In this document: positions 20,394-30,424 of the stretch, in pieces | Layout of the letters: every line of letters begins with the position of its first letter | How positions within the stretch are numbered: position 1 is the stretch's first letter | Translations under genes and position numbers: made by a program | DNA from: Candidatus Aenigmatarchaeota archaeon | Lineage (GTDB): Archaea > Aenigmatarchaeota > Aenigmatarchaeia > Aenigmatarchaeales > Aenigmatarchaeaceae | DNA length: 45,163 nt | Assembly: GCA_043814985.1 (NCBI GenBank) | Contig: JBDRJK010000015.1 | Span: forward strand, 1-45,163 | Direction: 5' to 3' | The notes under the pieces: model-generated | The model's input: only the letters and a program-made list of their open reading frames with translations | The model's database searches: none | What the model was told of the DNA's origin: nothing

Positions 20394-20876
20394 ATGGTTT
20401 TCGAAGGAGTTAAGACTGGCCTGAATAGGATAAGAAAGAATATAATAGACAAGCCTAAAGTTGCCTTTTTCTTAGATGGACCTAACATGATAAGGAAGGA
20501 GTTCAATTTGAACCTCAAGGACATCAAGAAAAGGGTCGAAAAATATGGGAGGATCACCATTGGCAAGGTTTTCCTTAACCAGTTCGCCTCTGAGAAGCTC
20601 ATAGAGGCTGTTGCCAACGAGGGGTTCGAAACTATCATTGCTTTGGGAGACCCTGAGCAGAAGACAGACGTTGACGTCTCAATAGCTGTCCATGCAATGG
20701 AGGCTATTTACAATCCAGAAATAGATGTGATTGCTTTGTCGTCAAGGGACGCAGACTTCCTACCTCTAGTTCAGATGGCTAAAGAAAGAGGCAAGGTAAC
20801 AGTATTGATAGCCGCAGAACCTGGATTGGCTATTTCACTAAGGCATGCTTCTGACCACGTGGAAATACTGAAGTAA
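20394..20876 (+). CDS. NYN-domain protein (LabA/DUF88-like)
   Basis: FLDGPNM, TDVDV, SRDADFLP. Confidence 0.92.
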   Translation: MVFEGVKTGLNRIRKNIIDKPKVAFFLDGPNMIRKEFNLNLKDIKKRVEKYGRITIGKVFLNQFASEKLIEAVANEGFETIIALGDPEQKTDVDVSIAVHAMEAIYNPEIDVIALSSRDADFLPLVQMAKERGKVTVLIAAEPGLAISLRHASDHVEILK

Positions 20877-21956
20877 TCAGACTTTCCATCTCAGGATAGC
20901 AGCCATTCCACCCAGTTCAAAGAGCTGCTCCCCTTCTCTTGTTTCCTTTGACATTATCTCAACGACTGTCCCAAATTCTTTTGCCTTTTCTGTTATCTCT
21001 TCAAAATCCAAACCTTCAGAAATCAGGATAATTTCCACAGCTCCCATTTCCAAGATTTTCATAATCTTCTCCTTTCCATAAATAGACAAGCCGTTGTTTT
21101 TTCTCAGCTCCTCGAAGAACTTCTTAAGCAGTGCCTTTTCCTTTGCAACAGCTGCCTCAGCCAGTATGTCTTGAGACCTTTGGACCATCTCCTCCAGTCC
21201 CTGCTCGTCTGTATATCCTGTATTTTTGATACCCAAAACCTTTTTCTTAATATCAGTCAACAGATAGTCCCCGTCAAAGAAGTCGTTCTTGGCAGGTCCA
21301 GGCCCACCGATAATTATTCCCTTGATGTTTTTGGTCTTGTCGAAATATTCCCTTGCAATACGAGCAATCTTCTTGTACCAATCGTTTATCAGTCCCTCTC
21401 TCACGCGCTGGAACCTCTGCGCGGATTGTCCGCCCTTCCTGAACTTACCAGGAACAATTGAGCTTATCTCTTTCAGCATTTCTATTTTCTTTCCCTTGAG
21501 CAAGCCTATTGCAGCTTCCTTGTTGTCTAGAACAATCAAACCGTAGACCTCCTTTTCCTCTATCATCTCCTTCAGGGGTTCCAGTTCGAATTTCTTGTCG
21601 CACCAGTATTTCTTAATCCCTAAAGGCTCTGGAGGCTCGAATGACCAAAGACCTATGTCACTCTGTCCCTCGTTTTCTGAGATGTTTCCCGCAAAAAGTA
21701 CCAGACCGTTCTTAGGGGTCTTCTTGAACAATTTTAATTCCGAGAGAATCTTGTCAATGGCCCCAAGCACATTGTTCCTCACAGTCTTGTTCTTGACATT
21801 CTCCGTTAACGTATACTCCTGCCTGAGCATGTTGACAATCTCCTGCAGGTTGAAACCAGCAGGAACATAAACACTAACCATTTCAGTATGCCTTCCCTTG
21901 ATATTGTCCAGCTCCTTCAGAAGCTTCCTTAGTTTGTAAACATGTTCTTCTACCAT
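20877..21956 (-). CDS. prf1: Peptide chain release factor aRF1
   Basis: GRHTEMVSVY, NVKN (NIKS-like), YWCD, KGGQSAQRF. Confidence 0.97.
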   Translation of the reverse strand: MVEEHVYKLRKLLKELDNIKGRHTEMVSVYVPAGFNLQEIVNMLRQEYTLTENVKNKTVRNNVLGAIDKILSELKLFKKTPKNGLVLFAGNISENEGQSDIGLWSFEPPEPLGIKKYWCDKKFELEPLKEMIEEKEVYGLIVLDNKEAAIGLLKGKKIEMLKEISSIVPGKFRKGGQSAQRFQRVREGLINDWYKKIARIAREYFDKTKNIKGIIIGGPGPAKNDFFDGDYLLTDIKKKVLGIKNTGYTDEQGLEEMVQRSQDILAEAAVAKEKALLKKFFEELRKNNGLSIYGKEKIMKILEMGAVEIILISEGLDFEEITEKAKEFGTVVEIMSKETREGEQLFELGGMAAILRWKV

Positions 21957-21961
21957 TCAAA

Positions 21962-24346
21962 TCACATAACGCCAATTTTTATTTCGTATCCTTCAACTTC
22001 TATTTCCCCTTTCCCGAACTCTATGTCCTTTACCTTCATTGTTCCTTTTATATCTTCCAGTGTATTTTCAAGTTTTTTCTTGGCGTCTTCATCGCACTCT
22101 ATTGTAAGTTTTTCAACCTCAGAATTAAGTGCCAATCCCTTGCTGCTCTTGTATTGTCTCAAGGATGAGATTACTGCTACTGTCATGTCTCCTATCTCTT
22201 CTATTTCCTTGTCTATGAATTCCTTTTCAACTTCTGGCCATGAAGAGATGTGAATAGAAATGTCTTTTTCATTTTCCTTGAACATGTTCTGGTAAATCTC
22301 CTCAGTTATGAAGGGGATTATTGGAGAGAAAAGTTTCAGTATTGTTAAAAGATTCTTGTAAAGGGTCCATTTCGCAGAATCATCATCAGCATATGCTCTG
22401 TACTTGACAATTTCCAGGTAGTTGTCAGCAAAGGTGTGCCAGAAGAACATCTCTGTCTCCCTTCTGGCATCAGCGTACTCATATTCCTCAAAGCTTTTCG
22501 TGGCTTTTTCTATGAGCTTCATCAGCTTATTCAACAACCACTTGTCCATTATTTTCAATTCTGGCTTTTCTGTTTTGGAAATAAATTGTTTAACAAATTT
22601 AGAAGCATTCCACATCTTTGTCAGTAGTTTTTGACCAGTCACAACATCCTTCTCAGCATAAGGAAGGTCATTGCCTAGCCTTGCTGAAGCAGACCAGTAC
22701 CTGACCGCATCTGCTGAATACTTCTCTATGACTCCCAACGGTTCAACAACATTGCCCTTTGACTTGCTCATCTTCTTTCCCTTGGGATCCAAACCATGAC
22801 CGGATATCATCACATCCCTGAAAGGAACCTTGCCTTCATGCATCAAAGACTTGACAACAGTGTTGAAAAGCCAGAAAGTGATTATGTCATGCGCCTGAGG
22901 CCTGAGGGTCATTGGGAATATCTTGTCCATTATGCTGTTTTCCTCAGACCAACCAGCATTGATCAAGGGTGTCAGTGAACTGGTATTCCAAGTATCAAAC
23001 ACGTCCTTCTCAGGCTCGCCATCTCCACCACACTCACACTTCTTCTTAACATTGTCAAACAGGGGATCAATTGGTATTTCCTTTTCATCGGCAACTATCT
23101 CCTTTCCGCACTTCTTGCAATACCAAACAGGGATGGGAACACCAAAGTATCTCTGCCTTGAGATGCACCAGTCCCACTGCAGGCCATTAACCCAGTTATC
23201 ATACCTGACTTTCATGAACTCAGGATACCAGTTCATCTTGTTTCCAGCTTCCAGGAGCTCCTTTTTCATGTCAAGATACCTGATGAACCATTGCTTTGAA
23301 ACTATGAACTCAAGTGCTGTCCCACATCTCTCATGGACATTAACAGGATGAGTAACAGGTTCTTCCTTTTCTATTAATCCTTCTTTCTTGAGGTCCTCGA
23401 TTACTTTCTCCCTTGCCTGCTTTATTTTGAGACCCTCATATTTGCCAGCCTGCTTTGTCATTATTCCCTTCTCGTTTATTGACATCTTAATAGGAAGCTT
23501 GTGAGCTTTGTACCATTCGATGTCAGTTTGGTCACCGAATGTACAGCACATGACAACACCAGTTCCCTTTTCAGGGTCAGCTCTGTAGTCTTCCAATATA
23601 GGAACCTTATGACCGAACAAAGGAACTGTTGCCTTCTTGCCAATCAGTTGACTATGCTTCTTATCTTCTTTGTTCACAAAAATGGCAACACATGAACCTA
23701 GCAATTCTGGTCTTGTTGTTGCAATAAGAAGCTTGCCTCCATCCTCAAGCCCGAAGCTCAGGTAAACGAACTTTGAATCTATTTCCTTGTCCTCCAGCTC
23801 TGTCTGGGCCAAGGCCATGTGGCATTTCGGGCACCAGAGTGTAGGGCATTCCATCCTGTAAACTCTACCCTTCTTGTACAAATCTAGGAATGATAATTGT
23901 GATATCCTTTGGATTCTTTTGTCAATTGTCCTGTATAACAGGGACCAATCACAAGACAAACCGATTTTTGTCCATATGCTCCTGTAGTAGTCTTCCATCT
24001 CCTTGGAGACCTCCTCGACAGCCTGCCTGAACTCCTTTCTTGTCATGTCCTCTGCCCTTATCTTTCTCTTCTTTTCTGTCAGCAATTCAGTAGCCAGACC
24101 ATTGTCATCAAAGCCAAAGGGAAAGAACACATTGAAACCTCTCATCCTTCTGTATCTGGCCACAAACTCGAATTGGGAAAAGTGCATTATGTGGCCTATG
24201 TGGAGCTTGCCTGAGGTTGTTGGTGGTGGCGTGTCAATGGAGAATATTGGCTTCTTGCTCTTTCTGTCAAAAGCGAATACTTTCTGATCTTCCCAGAAAT
24301 CAAGTATCCTTGCCTCAACCTCTTTCGGCTCATATCTCTTTTCCAT
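21962..24346 (-). CDS. valS: Valyl-tRNA synthetase
   Basis: DTPPPT..G.LHIGH, WDWCISRQR, RPQAHDII, KMSKS. Confidence 0.97.
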   Translation of the reverse strand: MEKRYEPKEVEARILDFWEDQKVFAFDRKSKKPIFSIDTPPPTTSGKLHIGHIMHFSQFEFVARYRRMRGFNVFFPFGFDDNGLATELLTEKKRKIRAEDMTRKEFRQAVEEVSKEMEDYYRSIWTKIGLSCDWSLLYRTIDKRIQRISQLSFLDLYKKGRVYRMECPTLWCPKCHMALAQTELEDKEIDSKFVYLSFGLEDGGKLLIATTRPELLGSCVAIFVNKEDKKHSQLIGKKATVPLFGHKVPILEDYRADPEKGTGVVMCCTFGDQTDIEWYKAHKLPIKMSINEKGIMTKQAGKYEGLKIKQAREKVIEDLKKEGLIEKEEPVTHPVNVHERCGTALEFIVSKQWFIRYLDMKKELLEAGNKMNWYPEFMKVRYDNWVNGLQWDWCISRQRYFGVPIPVWYCKKCGKEIVADEKEIPIDPLFDNVKKKCECGGDGEPEKDVFDTWNTSSLTPLINAGWSEENSIMDKIFPMTLRPQAHDIITFWLFNTVVKSLMHEGKVPFRDVMISGHGLDPKGKKMSKSKGNVVEPLGVIEKYSADAVRYWSASARLGNDLPYAEKDVVTGQKLLTKMWNASKFVKQFISKTEKPELKIMDKWLLNKLMKLIEKATKSFEEYEYADARRETEMFFWHTFADNYLEIVKYRAYADDDSAKWTLYKNLLTILKLFSPIIPFITEEIYQNMFKENEKDISIHISSWPEVEKEFIDKEIEEIGDMTVAVISSLRQYKSSKGLALNSEVEKLTIECDEDAKKKLENTLEDIKGTMKVKDIEFGKGEIEVEGYEIKIGVM

Positions 24347-24394
24347 AGAAGGAGTTTTATGATTGTAAATACATAAATGTTTTTGCTTTGAGAA

Positions 24395-25111
24395 TTAGGC
24401 AAACTTTTTCAGCCCAGTCTTGGGCATATTATCCATGTCTATTTCCACGAGCTTCTTGTTTGCAGTAAAGCACACATTGAAAACAGGCACGCCCTCAACA
24501 AAGGCCAAAGGTATGCCGTTGTGTGCATGGCCGTGTACAGCAAAATCGGGCCTGGTCTTAATCAAAACCTTTTCAAGTTTGTTGGAGCCTAGATATGGAT
24601 ATATGTTCTGGCTCTCGCCCTTAAGGGTTTTGTAGGTGGGTGAGTAGTGAGTCAGAAGTATTTTTATATCGGTCTTCAAAAGAGCCAACATTTCCTTGAT
24701 TTTTTCTGTCCTCTCTTTGTAAGTGTCGCCTATACCTGAAACATGATGGAACTGCCACCATGTTGGCACGTCTATAGAACCTCTTGACCCAACAATGCCA
24801 ACACTCTTGCCCTTTATTTTCAACTCAGTGCTCTCATCAACAAGGAATTTTATCTTGTTCCTGCTTGCCTTTCTGATGTCATCAATGTCCTCATCGAATT
24901 CATGATTGCCGAAAACAGCAACTATAGGGCAGTCCCACTTTATCATCTTGATGAAATCAAGGATAAGACCATATGCTTCTGGATTCCCAAAATCATACAT
25001 GTCTCCCGCAAACAGCAGCAGATCAGGCTTTCTGGCTTTCTTCAAGATGTCCCAGAAGGGCTCCAAGTCCAGACCCAAAACATCCAGGTCTGATATAGCA
25101 GAGATAATCAT
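24395..25111 (-). CDS. Calcineurin-like metallophosphoesterase
   Basis: AGD, FGNHE, LTH, HGHAH; start moved to ATG 25111 (MIISAISDL) because the track start runs antisense through tRNA-Ala. Confidence 0.9.
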   Translation of the reverse strand: MIISAISDLDVLGLDLEPFWDILKKARKPDLLLFAGDMYDFGNPEAYGLILDFIKMIKWDCPIVAVFGNHEFDEDIDDIRKASRNKIKFLVDESTELKIKGKSVGIVGSRGSIDVPTWWQFHHVSGIGDTYKERTEKIKEMLALLKTDIKILLTHYSPTYKTLKGESQNIYPYLGSNKLEKVLIKTRPDFAVHGHAHNGIPLAFVEGVPVFNVCFTANKKLVEIDMDNMPKTGLKKFA

Positions 25112-25143
25112 AAAATATCTTTGAGCAGTATAATTTAAATAGC

Positions 25144-25215
25144 GGGCTCGTAGTCGAACGGTAAGACGCTGCTCTCGCACAGCAGAGACTCTGGGTTCAA
25201 TTCCCAGCGAGTCCA
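25144..25215 (+). tRNA. tRNA-Ala(CGC), no intron
   Basis: Acceptor GGGCTCG/CGAGTCC with G3:U70; anticodon arm CTGCT-CT CGC AC-AGCAG; T arm CTGGG-TTCAATT-CCCAG; CCA not encoded. Confidence 0.96.
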
Positions 25216-25367
25216 TTCATTTATATTGTTTTTTATCCTGAAGCAATAGAATGCTTAAGAATTGTTCTTACTAATAAAATAATCCGGTGATTTTTTTGAT
25301 AGCAAAAATTTCTAATTCAATAAAAGAGTCCTCCAAGAAGGCTACTTGGAAAACACATAGAAGAAAT

Positions 25368-25610
25368 ATGATCATAAACAACGAATTTAATGACCTTACC
25401 AAGAGGATTAGGGAGAACTTCATCACCCTGATAGTCTCTGCATTCGGTCTTGTGTCCGCCCTAAGCTGGAATGACGCCATAAAGTCAGCAATAGCCACGC
25501 TCTTCCCGAACAGCAGCGATCTTGTCTACAAGTTCTATGTCGCAGTGGCAGTTACCATTATAGCTGTCTTAATGACCTACTTCTTGTCCAGAGTCAAGCA
25601 AAAGCGCTAA
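25368..25610 (+). CDS. DUF5654-like small membrane protein
   Basis: SAFGLVSALSWNDAIK motif and two TM segments; start uncertain. Confidence 0.75.
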   Translation: MIINNEFNDLTKRIRENFITLIVSAFGLVSALSWNDAIKSAIATLFPNSSDLVYKFYVAVAVTIIAVLMTYFLSRVKQKR

Positions 25611-26227
25611 AAAGCACATTTAAAGGTGTTATGTTTAGAAACATGCTTAGGGTTGATAAAACCTATCAATTCTATGAATTTTTCCAAGTTATTCTTGCCT
25701 GGAAACTCTAGGCGATAAATCAATCCATTCTTCCTATTATTTCTATATACGTTCCCTTTCATTTTATTCTCCATCAAGAAATTCTTAATTTGGTTCAGAA
25801 ACCTAAGACATTTACTAGTTATCTCTAGCCTCGGATATGGTATGCCATTGTTATTAGTTATAACCAGAGAACCGTCTGTAGCGAATACCCCGGAAATAAC
25901 AAATTTGACTAGTCCTTTTTCATAGAAAATCTTTGGTATAAAAATTCTGTCTAGCTTCCTTCCTACAGGAAATCCTAGAGATTTTAAATAAAGAAACATT
26001 TTTTTATCAGATATATTTATTTCTATCTTTCCTTGTTTAGGCCTTTTTCTGTATTTTGTCTGTTTTCCTCTGATTTTACTAAAAATCGGTATAACTACCT
26101 TATTAAAGAAGGGCTCATCGTCATAAAAACTACCTGAAATAGAAATGAAGTATTTATTACAAGAATTAGACAAGCATCCATCACCAAGCATTATGCCATA
26201 AAGGGTAGCCAATTTGCTATCAACCAT
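25607..26227 (-). CDS. Free-standing double-motif LAGLIDADG (intein/DOD-type) endonuclease
   Basis: Motifs LYGIMLGDG and ISGVFATDG with both acidic residues intact; block-H-like LEKFIELIGF; no Hint domain. Confidence 0.9.
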   Translation of the reverse strand: MVDSKLATLYGIMLGDGCLSNSCNKYFISISGSFYDDEPFFNKVVIPIFSKIRGKQTKYRKRPKQGKIEINISDKKMFLYLKSLGFPVGRKLDRIFIPKIFYEKGLVKFVISGVFATDGSLVITNNNGIPYPRLEITSKCLRFLNQIKNFLMENKMKGNVYRNNRKNGLIYRLEFPGKNNLEKFIELIGFINPKHVSKHNTFKCAF

Positions 26228-26250
26228 TAATTTAAATTAGGCTCAATAAT

Positions 26251-26263
26251 AAGTTTATTATAT
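26251..26263 (+). promoter_or_regulatory. Probable BRE/TATA box for tRNA-Ile in a 61-bp divergent spacer
   Basis: AAGTTTATTATAT ending about 25 nt before the tRNA 5' end. Confidence 0.55.
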
Positions 26264-26288
26264 TTTACTACTGATAGTAGTAATGAAA

Positions 26289-26386
26289 GGGCGGGTAGCT
26301 TAGCCTGGTAGAGCGCCACATAATCAACTTCTGATTAGGCGATGCTGATAACGTGGAGGCCGGGAGTTCGAATCTCTCCTCGCCCA
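26289..26386 (+). tRNA. tRNA-Ile(GAU) with a 24-nt BHB intron at 30/31 (26320-26343)
   Basis: BHB: AG-CGCC-AC^A-TAATCA..TGATTA-GGCG-AT^G-CT. Splicing gives CCACG-CT GAT AA-CGTGG; acceptor GGGCGGG/CTCGCCC. Confidence 0.95.
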
Positions 26387-26398
26387 CTCTGTGGTTTT

Positions 26399-26752
26399 AT
26401 GAAGATTAACAAAGCGGAAGAAGGTAAGTGGTTAAAGGGAGACAGCTATTTCAAAAAAATATTATTGTCTGAAAGCGATCTAAAATCTCCCGGAAACGTG
26501 TTTCAAGTTGTTAAAGCCGAGAAAGGTGAAACCATAAAGTCACACTACCATAAGGAGACTTCTGAGGTTTTTTACATCTTAAAGGGCAACGGGATATTTT
26601 TTATCGGTGACAACAAGCAAAGATACAAAGAAGGAGACGTCTTGTTCTGCGAGGCAGGAGAAAGGCACGGAGTGATAAACGATACAGACGAGGAGTTTGT
26701 CTGGCTAGTCTTTAAAATCAATTTCACTGAAGACGATACTGTTTGGGATTAG
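26399..26752 (+). CDS. Cupin-domain protein
   Basis: HYHKETSEVFYILKG...GDVLFCEAGERHG; ATG 26399 lies just after tRNA-Ile. Confidence 0.88.
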   Translation: MKINKAEEGKWLKGDSYFKKILLSESDLKSPGNVFQVVKAEKGETIKSHYHKETSEVFYILKGNGIFFIGDNKQRYKEGDVLFCEAGERHGVINDTDEEFVWLVFKINFTEDDTVWD

Positions 26753-26753
26753 C

Positions 26754-27380
26754 ATGGAAATAATCAAACGCGGTGCAGAAGCCATTCTTTACCTAGAAAA
26801 TGGGAGCCTTGTCAAGGAAAGAGTCAAAAAAAGCTATCGACTGCCGCAAATAGACACGGAATTGAGAGTAGGCAGGACCAGAAGGGAGGCAAAGCTCCTT
26901 TCAGATGCAAGAAGATGCGGCGTCAACACCCCAATAATAGTCTCTGTTGACGAGAAGGACAGCAAGATAGTCATGGAATACATTGAGGGGGAGAGACTGA
27001 AGGAGTTCCTCAACAAGACAGATGATAAGAGCAGGGAGAAAACAGCAGAGGATGTGGGAAAGGCTGTTGGCATATTGCACAAGCAGGGAATCATACACGG
27101 CGACCTGACAACAAGCAACATGATCCTAAAGGATGGGAAGATATACCTTATTGACTTCGGACTGGGTGAGTTCACCAAGAGGATAGAGAGCCTGGCAGTT
27201 GACCTGTCAGTCATGAAGGAGGCCTTCAAATCGACCCATTTTAAACATTTAAATCTTTTATGGAACAGTTTTATAAAAGGTTATAAGCAGACGAATAATA
27301 ATTTTAATAAAGTTTTAGAAGCTTTAGATGATATAGAAAAAAGAGGAAGATACGTGAAAAGAGATGGAAGAAAAAATTGA
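26754..27380 (+). CDS. bud32: KEOPS complex kinase/ATPase Bud32
   Basis: RGAEA, KERVKKSYR, HGDLTTSN, IDFGL, C-terminal KRGRY. Confidence 0.95.
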   Translation: MEIIKRGAEAILYLENGSLVKERVKKSYRLPQIDTELRVGRTRREAKLLSDARRCGVNTPIIVSVDEKDSKIVMEYIEGERLKEFLNKTDDKSREKTAEDVGKAVGILHKQGIIHGDLTTSNMILKDGKIYLIDFGLGEFTKRIESLAVDLSVMKEAFKSTHFKHLNLLWNSFIKGYKQTNNNFNKVLEALDDIEKRGRYVKRDGRKN

Positions 27381-27630
27381 ACAGCATGTAGAGACAAAGC
27401 CTGCAGCTAGCAGGAGGTTTGACTTCAGGAAGTGGCTGGAAGGCAACAACAAGAAAGAATATGTGGAGAACATAAGCTTTGCTATAATAGTCATTTCAGG
27501 TGTCTTGGTTGCCATGGGAATCGGGATTGGCAGCTTTGTTCAAGGAACAATACTGTTAGGCGTGCTGGGCGCTTTTTTCGTGATGGTCGGCATAGTGATT
27601 TATATAATATCGCAGTTCATAGAGGTTTAA
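27364..27630 (+). CDS. Small membrane protein
   Basis: Two TM segments; tightly packed between bud32 and rps15. Confidence 0.7.
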   Translation: MEEKIEQHVETKPAASRRFDFRKWLEGNNKKEYVENISFAIIVISGVLVAMGIGIGSFVQGTILLGVLGAFFVMVGIVIYIISQFIEV

Positions 27631-27631
27631 T

Positions 27632-28090
27632 ATGGCAAGAATGCATTCAAGGAAAAAAGGCAAGGCCGGGAGCAGAAGGCCAGCAGCCAAGGCAAACTGG
27701 GTCACTTACACTGACAAGGAAGTGGAGAGGCTGGTCTTGAAGATGAGAAAGGATGGCATGGAAGTAGCCAAGATAGGTTTGGTTCTGAGAGACCAGTACG
27801 GCATACCTTCTGTCAAGCAGATTACCAACAAGACCATAACAAAGATTCTTGAGGAAAACAACCTGTTGTCAAAAATACCCGAGGAGCTTCTGGGTTTGTT
27901 GAAGAATGCAGTGAACCTTAGGGACCACTTGGTAAAGAACAAGAAGGACTATATTTCTAAGCATGGTTTGGAGCTTCAGGAAAGCAAGATAAGAAGACTG
28001 ATAAAGTATTACGTGAAAAACAAGAAATTGCCTGTTGGCTTTAAGTATGAGCCTGAGAGGGCAAAGTTGCTAGTTGAGACAGCAAAATAA
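27632..28090 (+). CDS. rps15: 30S ribosomal protein uS15 (S15/S13e)
   Basis: [14 protein letters not shown]...LRDQYGIP...[11 protein letters not shown]. Confidence 0.98.
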   Translation: MARMHSRKKGKAGSRRPAAKANWVTYTDKEVERLVLKMRKDGMEVAKIGLVLRDQYGIPSVKQITNKTITKILEENNLLSKIPEELLGLLKNAVNLRDHLVKNKKDYISKHGLELQESKIRRLIKYYVKNKKLPVGFKYEPERAKLLVETAK

Positions 28091-28118
28091 TAAATTAGTT
28101 ACAGACGATATAATTCTG

Positions 28119-29405
28119 ATGAAGGAACTTACTATTCTTCTTAACAGGGCTGTTGAAAAAATAAAAACAACAGACAGCATTATACAGGTTGTCTCCCACA
28201 TGGACGCTGACGGCCTGAGCGCCGCTGCAATAATAGCGGTTGTTCTCATCAAGCTCAAGAAGAAATTCCAAATAACTATCGTGAAAATGATCAAGCCTGA
28301 GATTGTGGAGATGTTGGATAGCAGGGAGCCCGAGCTTGTCATATTCACTGACATAGGCTCTGGTTATCTGGACATCCTGAAAAAAATAAAGGCTGACATG
28401 ATAGTTCTGGACCACCATGAGATTGAGGGAACACCTTCTGACAACATGATCCACATCAATCCACTGGATTTTGAGATCAGTCTGTCAGGCGCAGGCACAA
28501 CCTATCTGCTGGCAAAGGAGATTATGGATGACAATTCCTTGGCGCCTCTGGCGATTGTGGGAACAATAGGCGATGTGAACTACTCACCTGATTCAAAGCT
28601 CTTTGAAACGCCATTAATAAAAGCTGAGATGGGTCTGAATCTCTTTGGAAGGTTCACTAGACCTTTGTACAAGTCATTATCATATTCGGGCATACCCAGC
28701 ATAGACAACTCATCAAAATCAATCCAGTTCCTCTCGGAGATAGGCATTGATTCCCAGAAGAACGGTGAATGGGTAACGCCGAGCGACCTGAACGAAGAGG
28801 AGAGGAAGAAGCTTGCAGACGCCATTGTAAAAGAGAGTTTAAAGTACGGCAAGTTCAAGTCCAAGAAAATATTCAACAACAACCTTACTCTTAAGAATTT
28901 CCCAGAGGAGTTGAGAGATCCAAAAGAGTTTGCCATGACCCTCAACGCATGCGCCAACATGAACGAATCAGCAACCGGGATAGCCCTTTGTTTAGGAAGT
29001 GAAAAGGCCCTGAAAGCTGCAAGGGGTGTTGTGAGAGGATACAGAAGGCTAATAGGCAATTACATGAAATGGGTCGAGAACAACAAGGAAAGCATCAGGC
29101 AGACCGAGCATGCAACCTACCTAATGGCAGGGGACAACATCAACGACAACCTTATTGGAACAATTGTCTCCATGCTGTTCAGACCCTCGGGAAAGACCAT
29201 GTTCGGCTTTGCGAATGCAGAGGACGGGATAAAAATATCTGGAAGGTCGAAAAATGTTGACATAAGAAGAATAATCACTGAGGCTGCAAGCATTTGTGAA
29301 GGAAGAGGTGGGGGACACGAATTCGCAGCAGGCGCAACAATACCATCCAACACCCAGGAAAAGTTCATTGAAAAGTGCGAGGACCTTTTAAAAGAGATTA
29401 AGTAG
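28119..29405 (+). CDS. DHH phosphoesterase (archaeal RecJ/GAN/Cdc45-like)
   Basis: SHMDADG, TDIGSG, LDHH, GGGHEFAAG; conserved position after rps15; ATG 28119 preferred. Confidence 0.92.
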   Translation: MKELTILLNRAVEKIKTTDSIIQVVSHMDADGLSAAAIIAVVLIKLKKKFQITIVKMIKPEIVEMLDSREPELVIFTDIGSGYLDILKKIKADMIVLDHHEIEGTPSDNMIHINPLDFEISLSGAGTTYLLAKEIMDDNSLAPLAIVGTIGDVNYSPDSKLFETPLIKAEMGLNLFGRFTRPLYKSLSYSGIPSIDNSSKSIQFLSEIGIDSQKNGEWVTPSDLNEEERKKLADAIVKESLKYGKFKSKKIFNNNLTLKNFPEELRDPKEFAMTLNACANMNESATGIALCLGSEKALKAARGVVRGYRRLIGNYMKWVENNKESIRQTEHATYLMAGDNINDNLIGTIVSMLFRPSGKTMFGFANAEDGIKISGRSKNVDIRRIITEAASICEGRGGGHEFAAGATIPSNTQEKFIEKCEDLLKEIK

Positions 29406-29415
29406 AATTACTATT

Positions 29416-29802
29416 ATGAAGGCTATATCATCCCTAATATCCGTTATACTTATTTTAATGATAGGCATTTCTCTGGTCTCATCAATGTACATATTCTTCA
29501 CAGAAGTAATAGCGACAAGCACTGACGCTGGCACGGAAACAGCAGAACACATCTCTTCTTCTTTAATGGCTGAGATGAAAATAGACTCGTTGACAACTGC
29601 TGGCATTGTTACTATCAAGAACACGGGAAAGGTCCAGCTGACGAACTTCAATGTCTTTGTGAATGGTGCCATGGAGGCCACCTCCTCCATCACAATAATG
29701 CCGGGAGACTCTGATGACATTGATGTGGGCCCTCTCTTGACTGGGGATATAGTCAAGGTTACAAGTTCTGAGGGAGCAGCCGCAATAAGCAGCGTGCCCT
29801 AA
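29416..29802 (+). CDS. Archaeal type IV pilin-like protein
   Basis: Class III signal peptide MKA^ISSLISVILILMI; IKNTG motif. Confidence 0.85.
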   Translation: MKAISSLISVILILMIGISLVSSMYIFFTEVIATSTDAGTETAEHISSSLMAEMKIDSLTTAGIVTIKNTGKVQLTNFNVFVNGAMEATSSITIMPGDSDDIDVGPLLTGDIVKVTSSEGAAAISSVP

Positions 29803-29850
29803 ACGTCCTTTTGTTAAGATTTATAAAGTTATAAACTGTATTTAATCTCT

Positions 29851-30399
29851 ATGGCTTCGAAATTAAAGGGTAAAGACTGGTATCAGATAACTGCTCCGAA
29901 GTTTTTCGGGGACTTTGTTATTGGTGAGACCATTGCCTTTGACCCAGAGCAGATTAAAGGAAGGGTTGTGGAAACAAGCCTGACAGACATAACAGGTGAC
30001 CCCAACAAGTACTACCTGAAGTTCTATTTCAAGATAGACAGTGTGGACAACAGCAAGGCACTAACCAAGTTCGTAGGCCATGACTGTACCAGGGATTATC
30101 TGGCAAGGATAGTCAGGAGAAGGAAGACAAGGATAGACACGAACGACATAATAGAACTAAAGGACAACAAGATAAGGGTCAAGTCAATAGCCATTTCTAA
30201 CAGAAGGGTCAGCCACCCAATAGAGATCAAGGTAAGAAGGATAGTAAGGGAAATGATAATACAGGAAGTCACGAAGCTTAAGACTGAGGAGTTCATCAGG
30301 GAGATAATAGACGGCAAGCTCCAGGCAAATATAAGGAAGAGCGTTAGCAAAGTCTATCCTCTGAGGTTCTTCGAGTTCAGGAAGACGGAAGTATTATAA
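29851..30399 (+). CDS. rps3Ae: 30S ribosomal protein eS1 (S3Ae)
   Basis: KDWYQITAPKFF...GRVVETSLTDITGD...TRDYLARIVRRR...YPLR. Confidence 0.96.
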   Translation: MASKLKGKDWYQITAPKFFGDFVIGETIAFDPEQIKGRVVETSLTDITGDPNKYYLKFYFKIDSVDNSKALTKFVGHDCTRDYLARIVRRRKTRIDTNDIIELKDNKIRVKSIAISNRRVSHPIEIKVRRIVREMIIQEVTKLKTEEFIREIIDGKLQANIRKSVSKVYPLRFFEFRKTEVL

Positions 30400-30424
30400 T
30401 TTGTGAGTTCCATATATTTTTCTT

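Noticed and set aside
25112..25216. N-terminal extension of the metallophosphoesterase in the ORF track
   Set aside because: It is the antisense reading of tRNA-Ala; the family fold begins at MIISAISDL (25111).
25607..26227. LAGLIDADG ORFs as inteins or intron-encoded proteins
   Set aside because: No Hint or splice-junction motifs and no flanking extein; the adjacent tRNA introns are only 15-24 nt, and no interrupted RNA gene surrounds either ORF.
26342..26398. N-terminal extension of the cupin ORF
   Set aside because: It runs through the 3' exon of tRNA-Ile; ATG 26399 is the sensible start.
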